From Octopus vulgaris (Eukaryota), in contig OX597821.1 of NCBI GenBank assembly GCA_951406725.2, positions 106,082,001 through 106,146,000 of the forward strand: a stretch of 64,000 nucleotides of DNA, given 5' to 3'. This document shows, one piece after another, positions 1 through 15,100 of the stretch. Positions within the stretch are counted from its first letter, which is position 1. Every line of letters begins with the position of its first letter. The notes beneath the pieces were generated by a model. It saw only the letters and a program-made list of their open reading frames with translations, was not told the DNA's origin and searched no databases. The position numbers and the translations under genes were made by a program.

Positions 1-322
1 TTAACATTAATTTAAATATTTTAATTTGGAATTTAAAATTTTTTATATTTATATTTAATTAATTCTATGTATTGGCTTATGATTTTCACTGTTTGATTTG
101 CCTAATAGTGGTTTTATCTGTAATTTAATATAATATACATATATATATATACAAGCAGTCTATGAAGAACAGATAAATCTCCCACAATACCGTCAAATTC
201 CAATATGTAGCCACATAGACTCTTGCGCTAGCGATAAAAAATCCCAAATTTCACATATTCCCTTTCTACCAATGTAAAGACATATATATATATATATATG
301 AAACGCACAAATATGTGCATAA

Positions 323-410
<88 letters not shown>

Positions 411-2030
411 TATAAGTATATATGTATATATATATGCATACATATATGTATATATCTACATATAGATATACATGTTTCTATATATATATATATAACCATT
501 ATACATTATATATAAATATACGTACACATATTTATGACCGTTATACTCAACCTCCTACAAATGTGTGACATAATGTTTTTGAAATCTACCTAACTACAAT
601 ATGCTTCCTGTCTACATCTGTAGACAATGACATTTTCTCTAGTGTTGAAGAACAATCAATTTTACGACAATATTGAGCCGGATTAGAATGAAGTTATATC
701 CTGGACAATGAATAGATTTCTAATACTTGTTACTCGTATTATTGAATATTACTGTATATTAAATATTCTTGAAGTAAGATTTTTAATCAGTGCTAAATCA
801 ATCCAGATTCATTGTGTGCGCTCTGATGCTGTTTCTGTTTATTTTTATTGAGAATTATTTTGTATTGATAAGATGGTGTTAACTTGTGTATTGAAGAATA
901 GAATATTTTTTATAGTATGCATTGCGTGTTAGGTTCGTGTGGGTTTTAATGACGATAGACTACATGTTTATCTTTAATAAACCAAAATCATCGTCGTTTA
1001 ACTTTTATTGTTATCGGAATATATTACGAAAGCTACATTTTTACATTGTTGCCTGACATTAGTGCAACTTGGTGTGCCACAGTCGATGTAGTTCGTAATT
1101 ACTTAACCAAAACGCGAAGACGTTAACTTCGCGTGTGAGTTGCGGATAATGCTCTGTCCCTATTCATCGGAGATTACTTTAATTGAAGGCTGATCTGCGA
1201 CTAAAGAAACGTGTTTGTTTAACATAAAGGGCATGTTACTCTTGCTTCCAAAATGCACCAGTTTCTTTATTTACAAAAGCCTGGCATGGTCTGAATTATA
1301 AAAGAAAACTAGAACATACTCTAATATGTTGGGATATTCTAAGATACGTCGGCTGACAGAAGTGCTGCTTCATTCTGGTTATTAGACCTCTAAGGTTTTG
1401 ATTCAAACCCTCAATACAGTATCATCATCTTTCCCAGCTCTACCTTCAACGCCATTCTCATAAATTTCTGTTCTCTTTCATTCTTCCACTACAAACACGT
1501 CATCATTACCATGATCATACAAATCACTAAAACCCATCAGCAGCTAAAAACATCCTCAATATCATCATCATTATCAACATCTTCCTCATCGTTGTCGTCG
1601 TCGTCATCATCATCATCATTTTGTCATCGGCTTTATCATTTACCACAAAGCGACAAATAGTACTATTTGTATATCTTTATAGCATATCAGTTTCTAGCAA
1701 ATTTCGCTCAATCAAACAAAACATTAGTTGCAACACTTATCATTTCTCCCTTATCACCATTAACTCTAATAGCGCTTGCCCGAATTTCTCTTTGAATTGC
1801 CATACAAGAACCACTGTTAGTTTCTGTTACTCAGTCCTTGACAGGTCTGGAGCAATACAAAAGCCTTTTATTCGAAGCAATACTTTAGAAAGCCTTCTTT
1901 CCGTATACATACATACATACATACATACATACATACATACATACATACATGCATACATAATTAAATAAGTCAACATTTTAACATCCTAAAGCTGATGAAG
2001 CAACTATTATTCTTCTCCATTTTCTTATTT

Positions 2031-2093
<63 letters not shown>

Positions 2094-2137
2094 TTACATA
2101 TATATATATACATATATATACATATATATATAAATAC

Positions 2138-2223
<86 letters not shown>

Positions 2224-2343
2224 ATATTAAGCTACGCATATATGTAAAGGCTCATATTTTCTTATGTCGGCTGTAGCCTAATGATTGGACCAGGTACTAG
2301 CAGTCTTTTGGGGGTATACCAAGCTGTGCAGATATAATGTACG

Positions 2344-2415
<72 letters not shown>

Positions 2416-2509
2416 TTTATTAATATTGTTATTATTATTATTATTTCATTTATATATATATATATATCCGTATACATAAATTTATGCGTATACGTTATGT
2501 GTGTGTATG

Positions 2510-2561
<52 letters not shown>

Positions 2562-2878
2562 GTGTGTGTGTGTGTGTGTGTATGTATTAGTTATAAATTG
2601 ATCTAATCATTCTACAAGCACACACAAGCACATATATACGTACTCATATAACCACATTCGCATGTATATCAATTTCCCTACCGTCTTAATTAGACCAATT
2701 TATATTTGTTGATTATTTTACTTTCGGTAACTTACAGTAATCTCATTTTAACCTCAATCACTCCTCGATTAAATCAGATATCCTTAATTGGCCGTGACGC
2801 ATACTTAAGGTAAAATAAACATTCGCATACACACACAGATATCCTTACAGTTTTGCATCAACGTATATATGTATGCAT

Positions 2879-2959
<81 letters not shown>

Positions 2960-3072
2960 TATTTATATATATATATAATTATATATATATATATACATAT
3001 ATATATATAGTATATATATATATATTATATATATTATACATATAAATTATATATTATTGTTATTATTATTAC

Positions 3073-3130
<58 letters not shown>

Positions 3131-3824
3131 GCAGCTGTTGTTATTGTTGTTGCTAGTTTTATTATCATTACTGTCATTATTATCATCACCATCATGATCC
3201 CGAACAACGACACCCATCACTACTAACACCATCAACGTCATTATTAATTGAGACATCGGATGTATTCAATTTGGTTGTCCCATGACGTAGATTATTGACG
3301 TAGATTCCTGGTAAACAGGAAAATATATAAATATAATTACTTGCATTAATTCTTCATTGGAGGAAACATCTTTTAATTTGGAAGAAAATATATTTCCTCA
3401 CCTACCACTCGTAAACAGATGAAATGTTTGCATCATTTCAATTCCCCCATCACACACACAAACTTTGAATATTCGAACGGAAGCCAAAAACAGTTTAATG
3501 AAACTTGACAGAGAAATGAAAAACAAGATTCACTTCCTTAGTAAAATGCAGTTATTTCTCGACAATTAATAATGAATTTCTAACGGAAAATAACATAGGT
3601 TCTCAACAATTAGAACGACTTGGATTGCGATAAACAACATCACTGACATTAACAAACACACACACACATACACACACACACGCACACACATACACACATC
3701 TACATGCAAGCATGTACACAGTAATGACCGAGCTGGAGGTTGCCAATTAAGTTATAAATTGATATTTCAAATTGAAAAACAATGAAAAGTTTTTCAGCAT
3801 TTCTACCTCAAACAATAACAATAA

Positions 3825-3975
3825 TATCGAAAAATACTTTAGGAATGAGAACCCAGGTTCTAAATTTCCCTAGGACACCTGATGAAGGCTGAACGGTATA
3901 TCAGCCGAAACGCTGCGTTAACAACAAACAATTTAAGGACAAATATCCGTCAAATATAAATAATGTAAATAACAA
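3825..3975 (+). mobile_element. Short PLE pseudo-LTR-like fragment containing a hammerhead motif
   Basis: Contains CTGATGA-stem-GAAA core and ends in aatgtaaat/aat repeats; the PLE assignment is inferred from the minimal hammerhead type. Confidence 0.55.
3874..3919 (+). ncRNA. Minimal type I hammerhead ribozyme, mutated copy
   Basis: gacac-CTGATGA-a-ggctga/tcagcc (6-bp stem II)-GAAA-cgct-gcgtt; stem I gacac/gcgtt has one mismatch and U16.1 appears changed to C. Confidence 0.7.
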
Positions 3976-5208
3976 TAATACTCTGTTGATTGAGGAAGAT
4001 TAGTGCTAATACTTAGCGATATTTAAAACGTGGGAAGGAAGCGATGGTGTGCTACAAATCAACACAAAATCTTGTATTAGAATACATTGACAACACAATG
4101 CCTCGAAATATATTGATTTACCTGGAGATAATCCCCGCATTTGGAATGAAACAGGATTAGGTCATAAGCGCTGAAATAACAGAAACGATTCGCTAAGGTA
4201 GGGTAACTATGAGGAGAGGATACTCCTCAGAGAGAAAAGAGAACCGCTGGATCTAAGCCTCAATTTGGATGCAGAAAGATAACCCCAACTTACCTGATTC
4301 ACGGGAAAACGCAGAATTTTTAGACTCGAGCGAGAGTGAGCCACCGCATAGTTTACATTTTGGGGGATTAGAAAATATGCGAAACCAAAGCAGTAGAACC
4401 ATCTAAATGACCATGGGTCTCAGGCTGTTGTTTGAGCTTCACCGAGAGACATATCGCAGGTTTCACCATGGGGGATGGTGTACATTTTCACCTCGGTTTA
4501 GGGGCCGAACGTTGAGCACCGGGATTTTACTTCCTCTATCACAGTTATTATGGTTGCTTCATTTTATCATTTTAAAAGAGCAAATCTGAAATTTTTGATT
4601 TATTTTACTTGCTGAGGCAAGTAATAAAACAGAAAAGCAAAGAACCTAACACACCCACACACACACACACAAACACAAAAAGACAATAAATATCACCCTA
4701 AAACTGTCCATGCAGAATATGTAAGAGGTCACTCACAGCTATAAGAAACCGAGCCTGAGACACCATTCGCCTAAGGGGACCCATGAATTCTCAATGATCA
4801 GGACGTACGATAAGAATTTAATGGACTTTCAAAATAATCAGTTGCATCTGATGCGGCAGTGAATGTATTTAGCGGCTTTCTACCGAGGATGTTTCAATAG
4901 ATAAAAACTACAGCAACTGCAACAAATCCCATTGTTTGTTCTTACATATGAGCCACCAGATAAAACTTTAGACTCAGGCTCCGCTCCTGGTATTCGAAAA
5001 GAATGTGCTACATTACCTGAAGCTTATCTAGAAACCACATCAAAAAGCACCTCGGATTCATATCCAGCAGCGGTGATGCGATATACCAAAGCAACAACAA
5101 TAATATCGGTTAATAAACAACCAAGTGTCACTACACATTGTTACTCCATAAAATTGGCTTATAAGTAAGCGACGGAGGCAAGCATACGTGAAATCTGATC
5201 AACGTATG

Positions 5209-5661
5209 TTGATCTCTTTAGCCTTTAAACCGGCCAGGTCTAGACTACATATTTTACATGTTTTATCTTTAAACCAACCAGATCCAGCCTTACCTACCCT
5301 AACATTTCATTTTAGATATGAACGAGCAAGTCCTCAAAATCTTAGAGCTATGAGAGAATGCATGATCAATTTAAACAATGTAAATAAATGAGCATTATAT
5401 TTGATAGTTTAATCCGAAAGTTCACCTTCAAATGACGCCACCCCGCTGGCTAAGCGAGCAGGCCAACAGAAGAAGAAAGAGTGAGAGAAATTTGTGGTGA
5501 AAAAGAACACCAGGGTTCGCCACCAATCCCTGCCGGAGCATCGTGGAGCTTTAGGTGTTTTCGCTCAATAATCCCTCACAACGGCCGGTCTCGGAATCGA
5601 AACCACGATCCTACGACCACTGGGCCATTGCGCATCCACAATCCGAATGTGAAAGGGTTAA
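5209..5661. mobile_element. Decayed piggyBac-type MITE interrupted by a SINE
   Basis: Right end aaagggTTAA, degenerate left end ttgatctctttagc; SINE at 5419-5639 sits between aatccgaa duplications. Confidence 0.5.
5419..5639 (-). mobile_element. tRNA-derived SINE (head B, tail 2)
   Basis: Reverse complement begins ggatgcgcaatggcccagtggtcgtaggatcgtggtttcgattccgagacc (A/B boxes); 8-bp TSD aatccgaa at 5411-5418 and 5640-5647. Confidence 0.85.
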
Positions 5662-6219
5662 AAATTCTAACATCTGAGTAGGGATACAGTTGCCGTCGCA
5701 AGAATCATTACAGAGTAAAAATGAAAATAAAATCAAAAAGGTGATCGTGAAAGAAGATTAAGGATTTCTTTCAACGTAACAACTTTTCTCTCCATTCATT
5801 TCACTGATAATCTCGATACCCATACCAATGTTAATATCTAAAAAAATAAATCGATAAATATATAAAATCATAATGTTGCTGAGATTTACAACAGCATCAT
5901 TGGATTCACATGACAACCATTCAATGTGACGCTGTAAAAAAATATGAAATGTTTTCGCCCTATCGACTGTAAAATGGGTTGTATTATTCGCATTTCTATG
6001 ATTTAAAGATATCTTTATTTCTGCACTGCTGAAAATATTCCTCGAGACATACCAATAACTGTTTTAAATGGCCACATGATACATTGCAAAAATCTACTAA
6101 TATTTTACTGCAATCAGCAATGACATTTAAAACCATAAAAGGTTTACACTTCAATGCATTTAAACGCAGATGTGACAAAAATGGCACTTAAATGCTTCAC
6201 GTTAGAGAATGATTCCATA

Positions 6220-6705
6220 TTTTGGTACAAGGCCAGGAATTTAGGGGGAAGGGTTAAATCAATTACATTGATCCCACTGCTCAACTGGCATTTATTATAT
6301 CGAACCTGAAAGGATGAAATGTAATGTCGACCTCGGTAAAATCTGAACTCAGAGCATAAACACAGGCGGACTTTGCCCGGTGTGTTAACGAATATGCCAG
6401 CTCACTGAATTTGCTTTCAAATTTTGGCAGAAGGCTAGCTAGGTCAAGCGGGGTAGATAAGACGATTACACCGATCTTAGTACTAAGATGACATATATTA
6501 TATGAAGCCCGGAAGGATAAAATGCGAAGTCGACTTCGGCAGAATTTGAACTCAGATCATAAAGATGGATGGAATGCTAGTAACGCCTTTCCTCACCTTA
6601 GATAATCCTTTCTGCTAAAGACACAAAGCCTCAAATATATTCACTGGTACTTAATTTATCGACTCCGAAAGGATGAAAGGAACAGTCGCCCTCAGTGGAA
6701 TTTTC
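6220..6705 (-). mobile_element. Cluster of three decayed family-C SINE copies
   Basis: Three recurrences of gaaaggatgaaa..gtcgacctcggc..atttgaactcag. Confidence 0.75.
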
Positions 6706-9030
6706 TGATGTTAGATAATATGACAGCGTAAATATTTCATTCGCTCTTACGTAAATATTTCCATTATTTTCTCACAATTTTTGTATGTGTCATGAAACTA
6801 TAATCACGTAAGAAAGCGGTAATTCTTTGACATATATTCATCGACAGTTATCAAATAGAATCATGATTAAAGACTTGAAGCTCGTATTTCTCCAAGGATT
6901 ACCTATAATATGCTACATTAGATTAAACCCATTATCTGGCAACACACTTCAGGCTGGTACTGAGGTGTATTTATCACTGTTGCCATCGTTCTATGTTCTG
7001 AAGAATTTTAAAATAGCACCTCAGATAGTAATAATTTTTGGTGATTATTTTTGTTTCTTCATTTCTGATCTCTGACTAAGCTGATATGGATCAAAAGCAG
7101 CTCCAGCATTTACCATTCATTGGTCTGCATAGTATATATATATAAGTATTCAATGTTCTAATACTCTTCTTAATTATGATGAGCAATTTGTGAGCTGATG
7201 ACTTTTGGCTGCTAATTTGAACAGATCCAGTGACCACTTAGAAACTAAACGATATTTCTACGTGGTAGTATTTTAAATATAAATGCCAATCTATACTGAG
7301 TTTTCTTTTATTGACAAGGTTTTTTATCCTAGATTTAGCTCAACATGCAATATTACGATTAAAGACATTCCACACGCGAATAACCCGTCATCTGTTTGAG
7401 ATGGATCTCTGTAGGACTATTTAAAATAATGTTTATTCCGCATTATAGGGCACGAACCTTCAACATTTTGAAAACAGTTCTCTAACCAAGCAGATTTCCT
7501 TCGTTTCCATTACATTATGCGGTATTTCGATTTGTGCAACAATATTTATAACTGGTGCATAATTCTGTTATAGCGAAAGTATTTTAAAATGTATGGAACT
7601 TATTTTAAAAGTAAGGAAACGCAAGGAAGCTTTCAAATAAAGTGCAATTTTGAGAAATATATTGGTTCGTGTCAAAGATCCCAAATCAATAAGCAGCAGT
7701 CCACTTACATTTATTCATAGCAGTTTCAAACGCCTTTGCATAATTTCATCTACAGCAGTTTATATTTGGAAAGAAATTTGCTTCCGGCTGAATATATTAC
7801 TGAGTCACTTATAAATATATAGTGTACCACTTATGAATGATCAGCATCAAATAACCATTATTAAAACGCCGGCAGGCTACACATTATTATTGGCAACCAA
7901 TCATATACATATTCTCTTTTACATATATTAGTAATACATTCAACCTCAAGGCAACACGACTTTATGTTATGAAGCTGCTCCGTTCCTCATAGAAATTTTT
8001 TTATATATATATATTAACCTCTGTAATTCAGTTACGAAAACACTAATGATTTCTTTCTACGAAAAGTATTACGGTTACACACACCATCACAATACCAACG
8101 CCGCCACCACCACAACCACCACCACTATAACAACAACAACATCAACAACACTACTACCATCACTATCAGAAGTAACAACAACAATATTACCAATACTATA
8201 ACCTTAGCATTTCTGAATTTGCGACAAGGCCGACAAAACGAATGAACTCTACCAGGACATAATTAAACGGTGGCAAAACAAGCGATAACTAATAACGAAC
8301 CACACGCATATAAATCATAAGGAATTCAATGAAACACCATAAAATTCGATGGCAGTTAGGGGGAATTTAGGAAAGTTACCTTAAATATCAAATATTGATA
8401 GAAAATCTGACCCAACATACATATATTTGCAGATTAATTATTTTCCAAGTGAAACTTAATCATGTTATTTAGCGTGCTCTGTGAAAAAATGAACAGACCC
8501 CTGCATGCAAATGGCCAAGAAGAACTTAGAGGGTCTGGCACTATACCGAGTCGGTTCTACGCATGATTGTAGCACTGAGATATCCCCAGCCCTGTCAAAC
8601 AAGAGTATGAGTTTGTGAGTGAAAGGAAATTGTCTGACCCCGATCCTTCAAGGATTTCTTAAGCTCTACTTTGTAATGTGTCCCGTCTGTGTGCAGCCCT
8701 GTGTGGCTAATAAAGAAACATATAGCGGTTTAGACTATTACCGCCATACAGAAAAATAAAACTGTCTCCATATCCAACAAGACAGATAAAAGCCGTGGCT
8801 TGATATTTACAATGAACTCTAACAATATTAGTAGATCTAATAGATCTGCTCCAACACATTTCCAGATATCAAAACTCATAACTGTTGCGTGCGTGCATGC
8901 AGGATTTATTTAATGCTTCTTAGTGTAGATTGAATAACGCCTCGACTCGTATTGCTGAAATTTTCACGAACAGGCACAGATCCACATCGTAGCACAACCG
9001 AGTCAAAGATTTCTAAAAATTCCACGAATA

Positions 9031-9432
9031 GGCGCGGGGATGGCTGCGTGGTAAATACCTTGCTTATAGCCACATGGTTCTGGGTTCATTCCCACTGCGA
9101 GGCACCTTGGGCAAGTGTCTTCAACTATAGTCTCGAGCCGACCAAAACCTTGTCAGTGGATTTGGTAGACGGAAACTGAAAGAAGCTCGTCGTATATATG
9201 TATATATATGTATGTGTGTATATGTTTGTGTATATGTTTGTTTGTCCCCTCAACATCGCTTGACAACCGACGCTGGTGCGTTTACGTCCCTGTCACTAAG
9301 TGGTTCGGCAAAAGAAGCCCGATAGAATAAGTACTAGGCTTACAAAAATAAGTCCTGGAATCGATTTGCTCGACTAAAGGCCTTGCTCCAGCATGGTCGC
9401 AGTCAAATGATTGAAACAAGTAAATGAGTATA
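9031..9432 (+). mobile_element. tRNA-derived SINE family A with internal microsatellite
   Basis: Head ggcgcggggatggctgcgtggtaa, B box gggttcattccc, CORE-like accttgggcaagtgtctt, internal (TA/TG)n, tail gaaacaagtaaa; matches other copies in the window. Confidence 0.9.
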
Positions 9433-9571
9433 AATGAATGACAATCAAGCTATTCAGATGAAATTAGTCAAAGTCCTTTCTTTCTCAGAGTATTGTGGTT
9501 TCGGTAATATTACAATAAGACCTCTGAGATGTCATAGCAACAAATAAATAGCAGCCACAGTTTTAAATCAA

Positions 9572-9572
<1 letters not shown>

Positions 9573-9626
<54 letters not shown>
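9573..9626 (+). repeat. (AGT)n microsatellite
   Basis: Directly visible. Confidence 0.95.
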
Positions 9627-9627
<1 letters not shown>

Positions 9628-9684
9628 TACTAAAAGGAAAGAACATTTTAGAAAGAAATATTATAGACATTAAATTAATACTGA

Positions 9685-10107
9685 GAACGGCAGTTTTTAA
9701 CATAATTTCTAGGTAACTAAAAAATTTTAAACTTCGTATACTGGTAGAATGTGTTTATAAAACATCTTTTTCTCTTGACTTTATTGAGAAAATTCAATAG
9801 TTTGTAAGATATTTGTTGTTTCTTTTCTTCAATTTCTGCAATTTCAACCACTCAGTGACGTTTATTGAGTTAAAAAGCATTCTGTGCCGTATGAATATGC
9901 CCCACGTTTAAGAAACAGATTGGGTTTATTTAAATTTGTGAAGAAAAAAAGATACCCTTCCCCCACCCCTAACCCTAACCTTAACCCTAACTAACCCTAA
10001 CCCTAATTGAGATTGAAATGCAATAGATTGATTCTAGGGTCATAATTATGGGTGACAATTTTATATGACACCGCTAGAAAAAACTGCCGTTCAAACCGAA
10101 AAGATCC
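9685..10107 (+). mobile_element. MITE with internal (CCCTAA)n, left TIR truncated
   Basis: gaacggcagtttt ... aaaactgccgttcaaaccgaaaagatcc; reverse complement of the copies at 36231 and 37664. Confidence 0.85.
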
Positions 10108-10425
10108 GAAATAAAATTTCAAACATAGGAATCACTATCAAACTATAGCTCTTAATACTCCAGCTGTTTTAATAAGTAACATTTAAAATATTCAAGATAT
10201 ATTAGCCAGGATAAAGAAACAGAAAAAATCTAGAGAAATAATGATTCCACGTAGAATATAGCACTCACGCATCTGATATGGATTCACCAAAGAACAAAAA
10301 AAATTGATATTGTAGGAAGAAATTATTTAGAAAAAGGACAATGGTGAGAAAGCAACGTTCAGTAGTGAGTACCGGAATTCTTTCAAGCTCTATTCTGTTG
10401 TGTTTTGAAATTTGTGACTTGACGC

Positions 10426-11180
10426 TGGGAAGGGCATTTGTATTCTAAGCATATTGCAGAATGTTGTCCCAGAAATTCAATTTTCTTAGCTTTATGTATT
10501 ATTTTACATCATAAAGGCGCGTAGCTTAGTGGATCGTAAGATCGCAAGTTCATTTATCGACGTCGCGTCGTTGTCATATAGTATTATTCCAAAGGAACAA
10601 CCTTGTTACAGTCTTTTATTAAATTCTTGAAATTTGTGACTTGACAGAAGAACCGGGAAGTTCTGCATGAAGCACGAAAGACATTGTCACCCGTTACACT
10701 AACTGTTGATGTGTGGACTGCGACAAAATAAGGATTCCGTCTATGGATTCTCTTTGGCATCATTGTGTGACAAACGGAGACATCTTCAGGAATTGGAGTC
10801 ATTCGGCGAATAAGACGCATGCAGCTCTCGGTCACATCTTGTCGTATAGTATGATAGACGATGTGTGGGGTAGTAAATGTGTATTTATGTTTTATCTCTC
10901 TCGCGACTGCAATAACGCAATTAGTACGACGGGAAGGACATTTGTATTCTAAACATATAGCAGAATGTAGTCCACGAAATTCAATTTTCTCAGCTTTATG
11001 AATTCTGTTATATCATGAAGGCACGTAGCTTAGTGGATCGTCAGATTGCAAGTTCTATTCTCGACGTCGCGCCTTTGTCCTTAAGCAAACACTTTATTTC
11101 ACATTGCCCTAGTCAACTCAGCTGGCAGAAATTACTAGTACCTTTTTTTTCCCAAAGGAACAACCGTGTTACAGTCTGTG
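10426..11180 (+). repeat. Old local duplication of ~190-250 bp including a SINE head
   Basis: gggaagg.catttgtattctaa.cata...gtagcttagtggatcgt occurs at ~10426 and ~10931. Confidence 0.75.
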
Positions 11181-12980
11181 TCACGCTGAATCTTCTTGAG
11201 AACTACGTCAGGTCAATCAATCAAATCTGTTACATCAATCGGTATTTGGAAATAAATTAGGATTTAACACTACAATTCATTAACAAAATTTAAGAGGATA
11301 GCTATGAGCTAACCGTAGATTTTAATCTACATTTTATATCAGTCAAGCCCTTAAATATTTGTATTTTAAATTCTTCAAAGGGACCGCAATCCTGTGGAAG
11401 GCGCAAACTTCAATTTAAAATACAGGGAGTAACATGTGTATTAATGCATTTGACAATATACTTCTTGCATGGAACACAAAAGTATTTTGGAGCTAAGAAA
11501 ATGATTGCAATCAGTAGAGGTACTTGTAAATCTGCAGGCAGTATATTAAATACTAACTGCGATAATACCGTTTTATATCACCTAATGTTTACGTGGTAAT
11601 TTATACACATTTCGCTCATTAAGAAACCGTAGATTAAACCGTGTAATATAAATAAAATATATAAGTGTGTATACTTAACATGCACAGGAATCCATACAAG
11701 TGTCTGAATGACAAAATTGTTTAGTCCTAGAATTTATAGCAGCAATTTGGCTTCGCAATTCCAGCGAATACGAAATTTAAGCTTTTGATACAGCTTTGAG
11801 AATAAAAATAGGCCTATAGGGAAGTGAACGACATTCATATTTCTGCTAATACTTTAAACGTGTGATTATATATTCCGTGTAAAATTGTCATTGAATATAT
11901 AGAACAATACATAATCGTATTATTTACAGAACAAATCATGCAAATATTGCCAATAACCGACAATATTTCACAGTCTACGTTATATGATTACCACTAAGCA
12001 TTGCATACTATGTCTGTCTGGTTCTTTTGTGCAACTATGTATATTATGCCGTTTCTTAGTGACCAACACTAAATTCTGTAACAGATTTCATGTTACATAT
12101 ATTTGTGTGTTTGTGTGTGTGTGTGAATGTATATATATATATATATACATACACACACACACACATATATATGTAGTTTACTTTTCCGTACAGGTAAAAT
12201 CAACGAAAAAATGTTATCTGTCTGTTCATAGATAAAATATTGTTTAATGTAAACACCATATAATTAAGTGCTACTTAAAGCTCCGTACGTTTGAGATGTT
12301 TCTTTAAAAAATCATGCCTAGAAAACCCGGCCTACAGTACTGCGCCCGGTCGATTCATTCGTCAAAAACGTCTTCGAAGCGGTGCCGAAGGAAGGCCATA
12401 GTCTAGTGAAAGAAGCAAGTAAAAAGTATATAAGACTCTTATGCAGTAGGTATATAAGCAACGCAAATTTAATTATGTCTCCCTAGATTGAAGTGATTAA
12501 TGAACAGATTTACATAGGTGTTTCGAAACTTATTGGTGTCTCATCAGATGTGTCTATATCACCTCATCACTTCCAGAAGAACAAAGAACTGCTCAGTCTA
12601 TATACACAGCAAATCCAGTATCTTCAGAGACCTGGAGCGGCTAATTTGCATTATATTATCATTTAACAGTTTATTTAATATCATCCACCTACAGAGGATA
12701 TCTCATTACAGAAGCATGAAGTTATAATATGATGAATAAACTGGACAATTTTACGTATATCCCCGTTAACTTGTTTCTTATATATATAACTGCGTGTAAA
12801 AGCCAGTTTGCCTGGAGCACATCCACGGATTTACAATATAGAATTGTGATGAACCATAACCTTGGAACCTACTAAAAGATTATTTGGAGTTCTTCACTAA
12901 TCTAGGTAATATTGTTAGCCTGGTGTGCTAATAGAGAGTATTTTCCCGGATTCATAATCCCTTACTAATTGTTATGTATA

Positions 12981-13128
12981 CTCTTTTCACTCTTTTACTT
13001 GTTTCAGTCATTTGACTGCGGCCATGCTGGAGCACCGCCTTTAGTCGAGCAAATCAACCCTGGAACTTATTCTTTGTAAGCCCAGTACTTATTCTATCGG
13101 TCTCATTTGCCGAACCGCTAAGTGACGG
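12981..13128 (-). mobile_element. SINE family A 3' portion
   Basis: ctcttttacttgtttcagtcatttgactgcggccatgctggagcaccgcc matches the family A tail. Confidence 0.85.
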
Positions 13129-13208
13129 TTATATATATATATATTTATTTATATATAGAGAGAGCGAGAGATAGATAGATACATTACATACATATATATA
13201 TATACACT

Positions 13209-13276
<68 letters not shown>

Positions 13277-14903
13277 CACACACACACATACATATACATA
13301 TACATGTATGTATGTATTCACATTAATACAAAATACAGACAACTACGTGCCTGCGGACATTTGTCACGTGTTAATGATAGTCGTGTTGAAGGCTGATGAG
13401 TAACACACAAAAAAACCATCGTATCGTCTACCGGAATAGATTTTTCTAGGACAACTTTTGTAGCAACGAAGGTACTGCAAAAATGGCCAAGACAAATGTA
13501 AAATATATTTCACGAAAGACGTGACCTTCTCTAGTTTCTCTGATCCAAATAAATACAAATTAAATATAATCAAAACATGCACATGTCCCGCCCTTTTTTC
13601 GAAATATTCATCCAATTTGTATTTTGACATTAAAAGTCTATTATACACTCTCTATAGTGAACCAGCATGCCTTGTTGCCAGAATTTTCTCTGCACGCCCG
13701 AGAGAAAATTTGTTCCACAAACTAAGAGGTCCATACACAGCTGCTTTATTAGAATTTCTGAGATTGAAATATCGGAGAAAAGTGATCACACTGTGGTAGC
13801 ATACCGATGAAGTATAACTGTACAATTTAAAGTTAAACCGGATCTATATATATTTTAAAACGTTCAGATATTATAATCCATATCAAAGTGGTTGACAATT
13901 TGTCAAATGAAAAGGAATTGCATATAGAAATATAAAATTTTCGTCGAATGAAATCAATCAAAGCTTCAGGACTGAATAAGGGATTATATAATAAGAAAAC
14001 GGAGCGGTAAATACCGCCTGCATAGCATTAACCATGGAATACTAAACCAGTGTTCATTGACTACCTATACAAATCAAGCTGGATGTGATTCTACCCCTGA
14101 TTACCCTAATAAGCAATGATAATAAATGGAATCGTCTAACTGTGAACATATATACTTGAAGTACGCTACTTAGTTTAATGTACCAGATACAAAACCGTGT
14201 GAAATTACTAAAAAATATTTCTTAATATCAGCAGTTATATACTACAGAAATCGAGAAGTATTTTTAAATGAAATACTTAAAAAACGAACTAAAAGTTTAG
14301 GTAGATATGGTATAATGTAAGACAGCCTATTCCACATCCAGTTTGTGAACGGTAATAGAAATGGATAATGTCTACAGCCTGCAGAAGCAAAAAGGTGTTG
14401 AACATAAATAGAAACATAATTCAAAATAACTAGACATGGTTGAGAAAGAAGAAGCAAAGGGTAAATTATTTGCATAATAAAACATGAAAAGACCAAATAG
14501 AGTTTTCTCTATATATAAAGAAAAAATAAGACTGGATATTGAAGAAAACTGTGGGTTATAGACAAAACAAAAAGAGAACTGCCTATGAGAATACAAAAGC
14601 TAGCAAGAATCCGAAACTAAAAAAGACACAGCCATGAAGAAAGAGAAATATATATTCGTCGCTACTATCAGGCAGAAGTGAATAAAAAAAGAAATGAGCC
14701 AACAATAGCTCAAAGGTTCTGGATTAGGGGATAAATGGAAGTTTTGACTTAACTGCACAAGATCGATACATAGACAAGAATAATAAAAAGGGGTGAGAAC
14801 CAACCAGGCAATCACCACAAAGAAAAAACAATCGATGATGCTTATTTCTGTCTGTACAGTTCCTACAGACTTCGCAATATATGCAATATACGTGTGTATG
14901 CGA

Positions 14904-14967
<64 letters not shown>

Positions 14968-15045
14968 ACATATATATACATATATATGTATATATATATA
15001 TATATATATAGATAGATAGATAGATATATGTATATATAGATATAC

Positions 15046-15100
<55 letters not shown>

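Noticed and set aside
193-515. ORFs rich in YI, HT, VC, poly-N, poly-L, poly-S or poly-E (here and throughout)
   Set aside because: They are translations of microsatellites, not genes
9962-10006. Telomere or chromosome-fusion remnant
   Set aside because: The repeats are internal to a multi-copy MITE
14240-14880. Purine-rich stretch that might be an old LINE relic
   Set aside because: No diagnostic motif could be recovered
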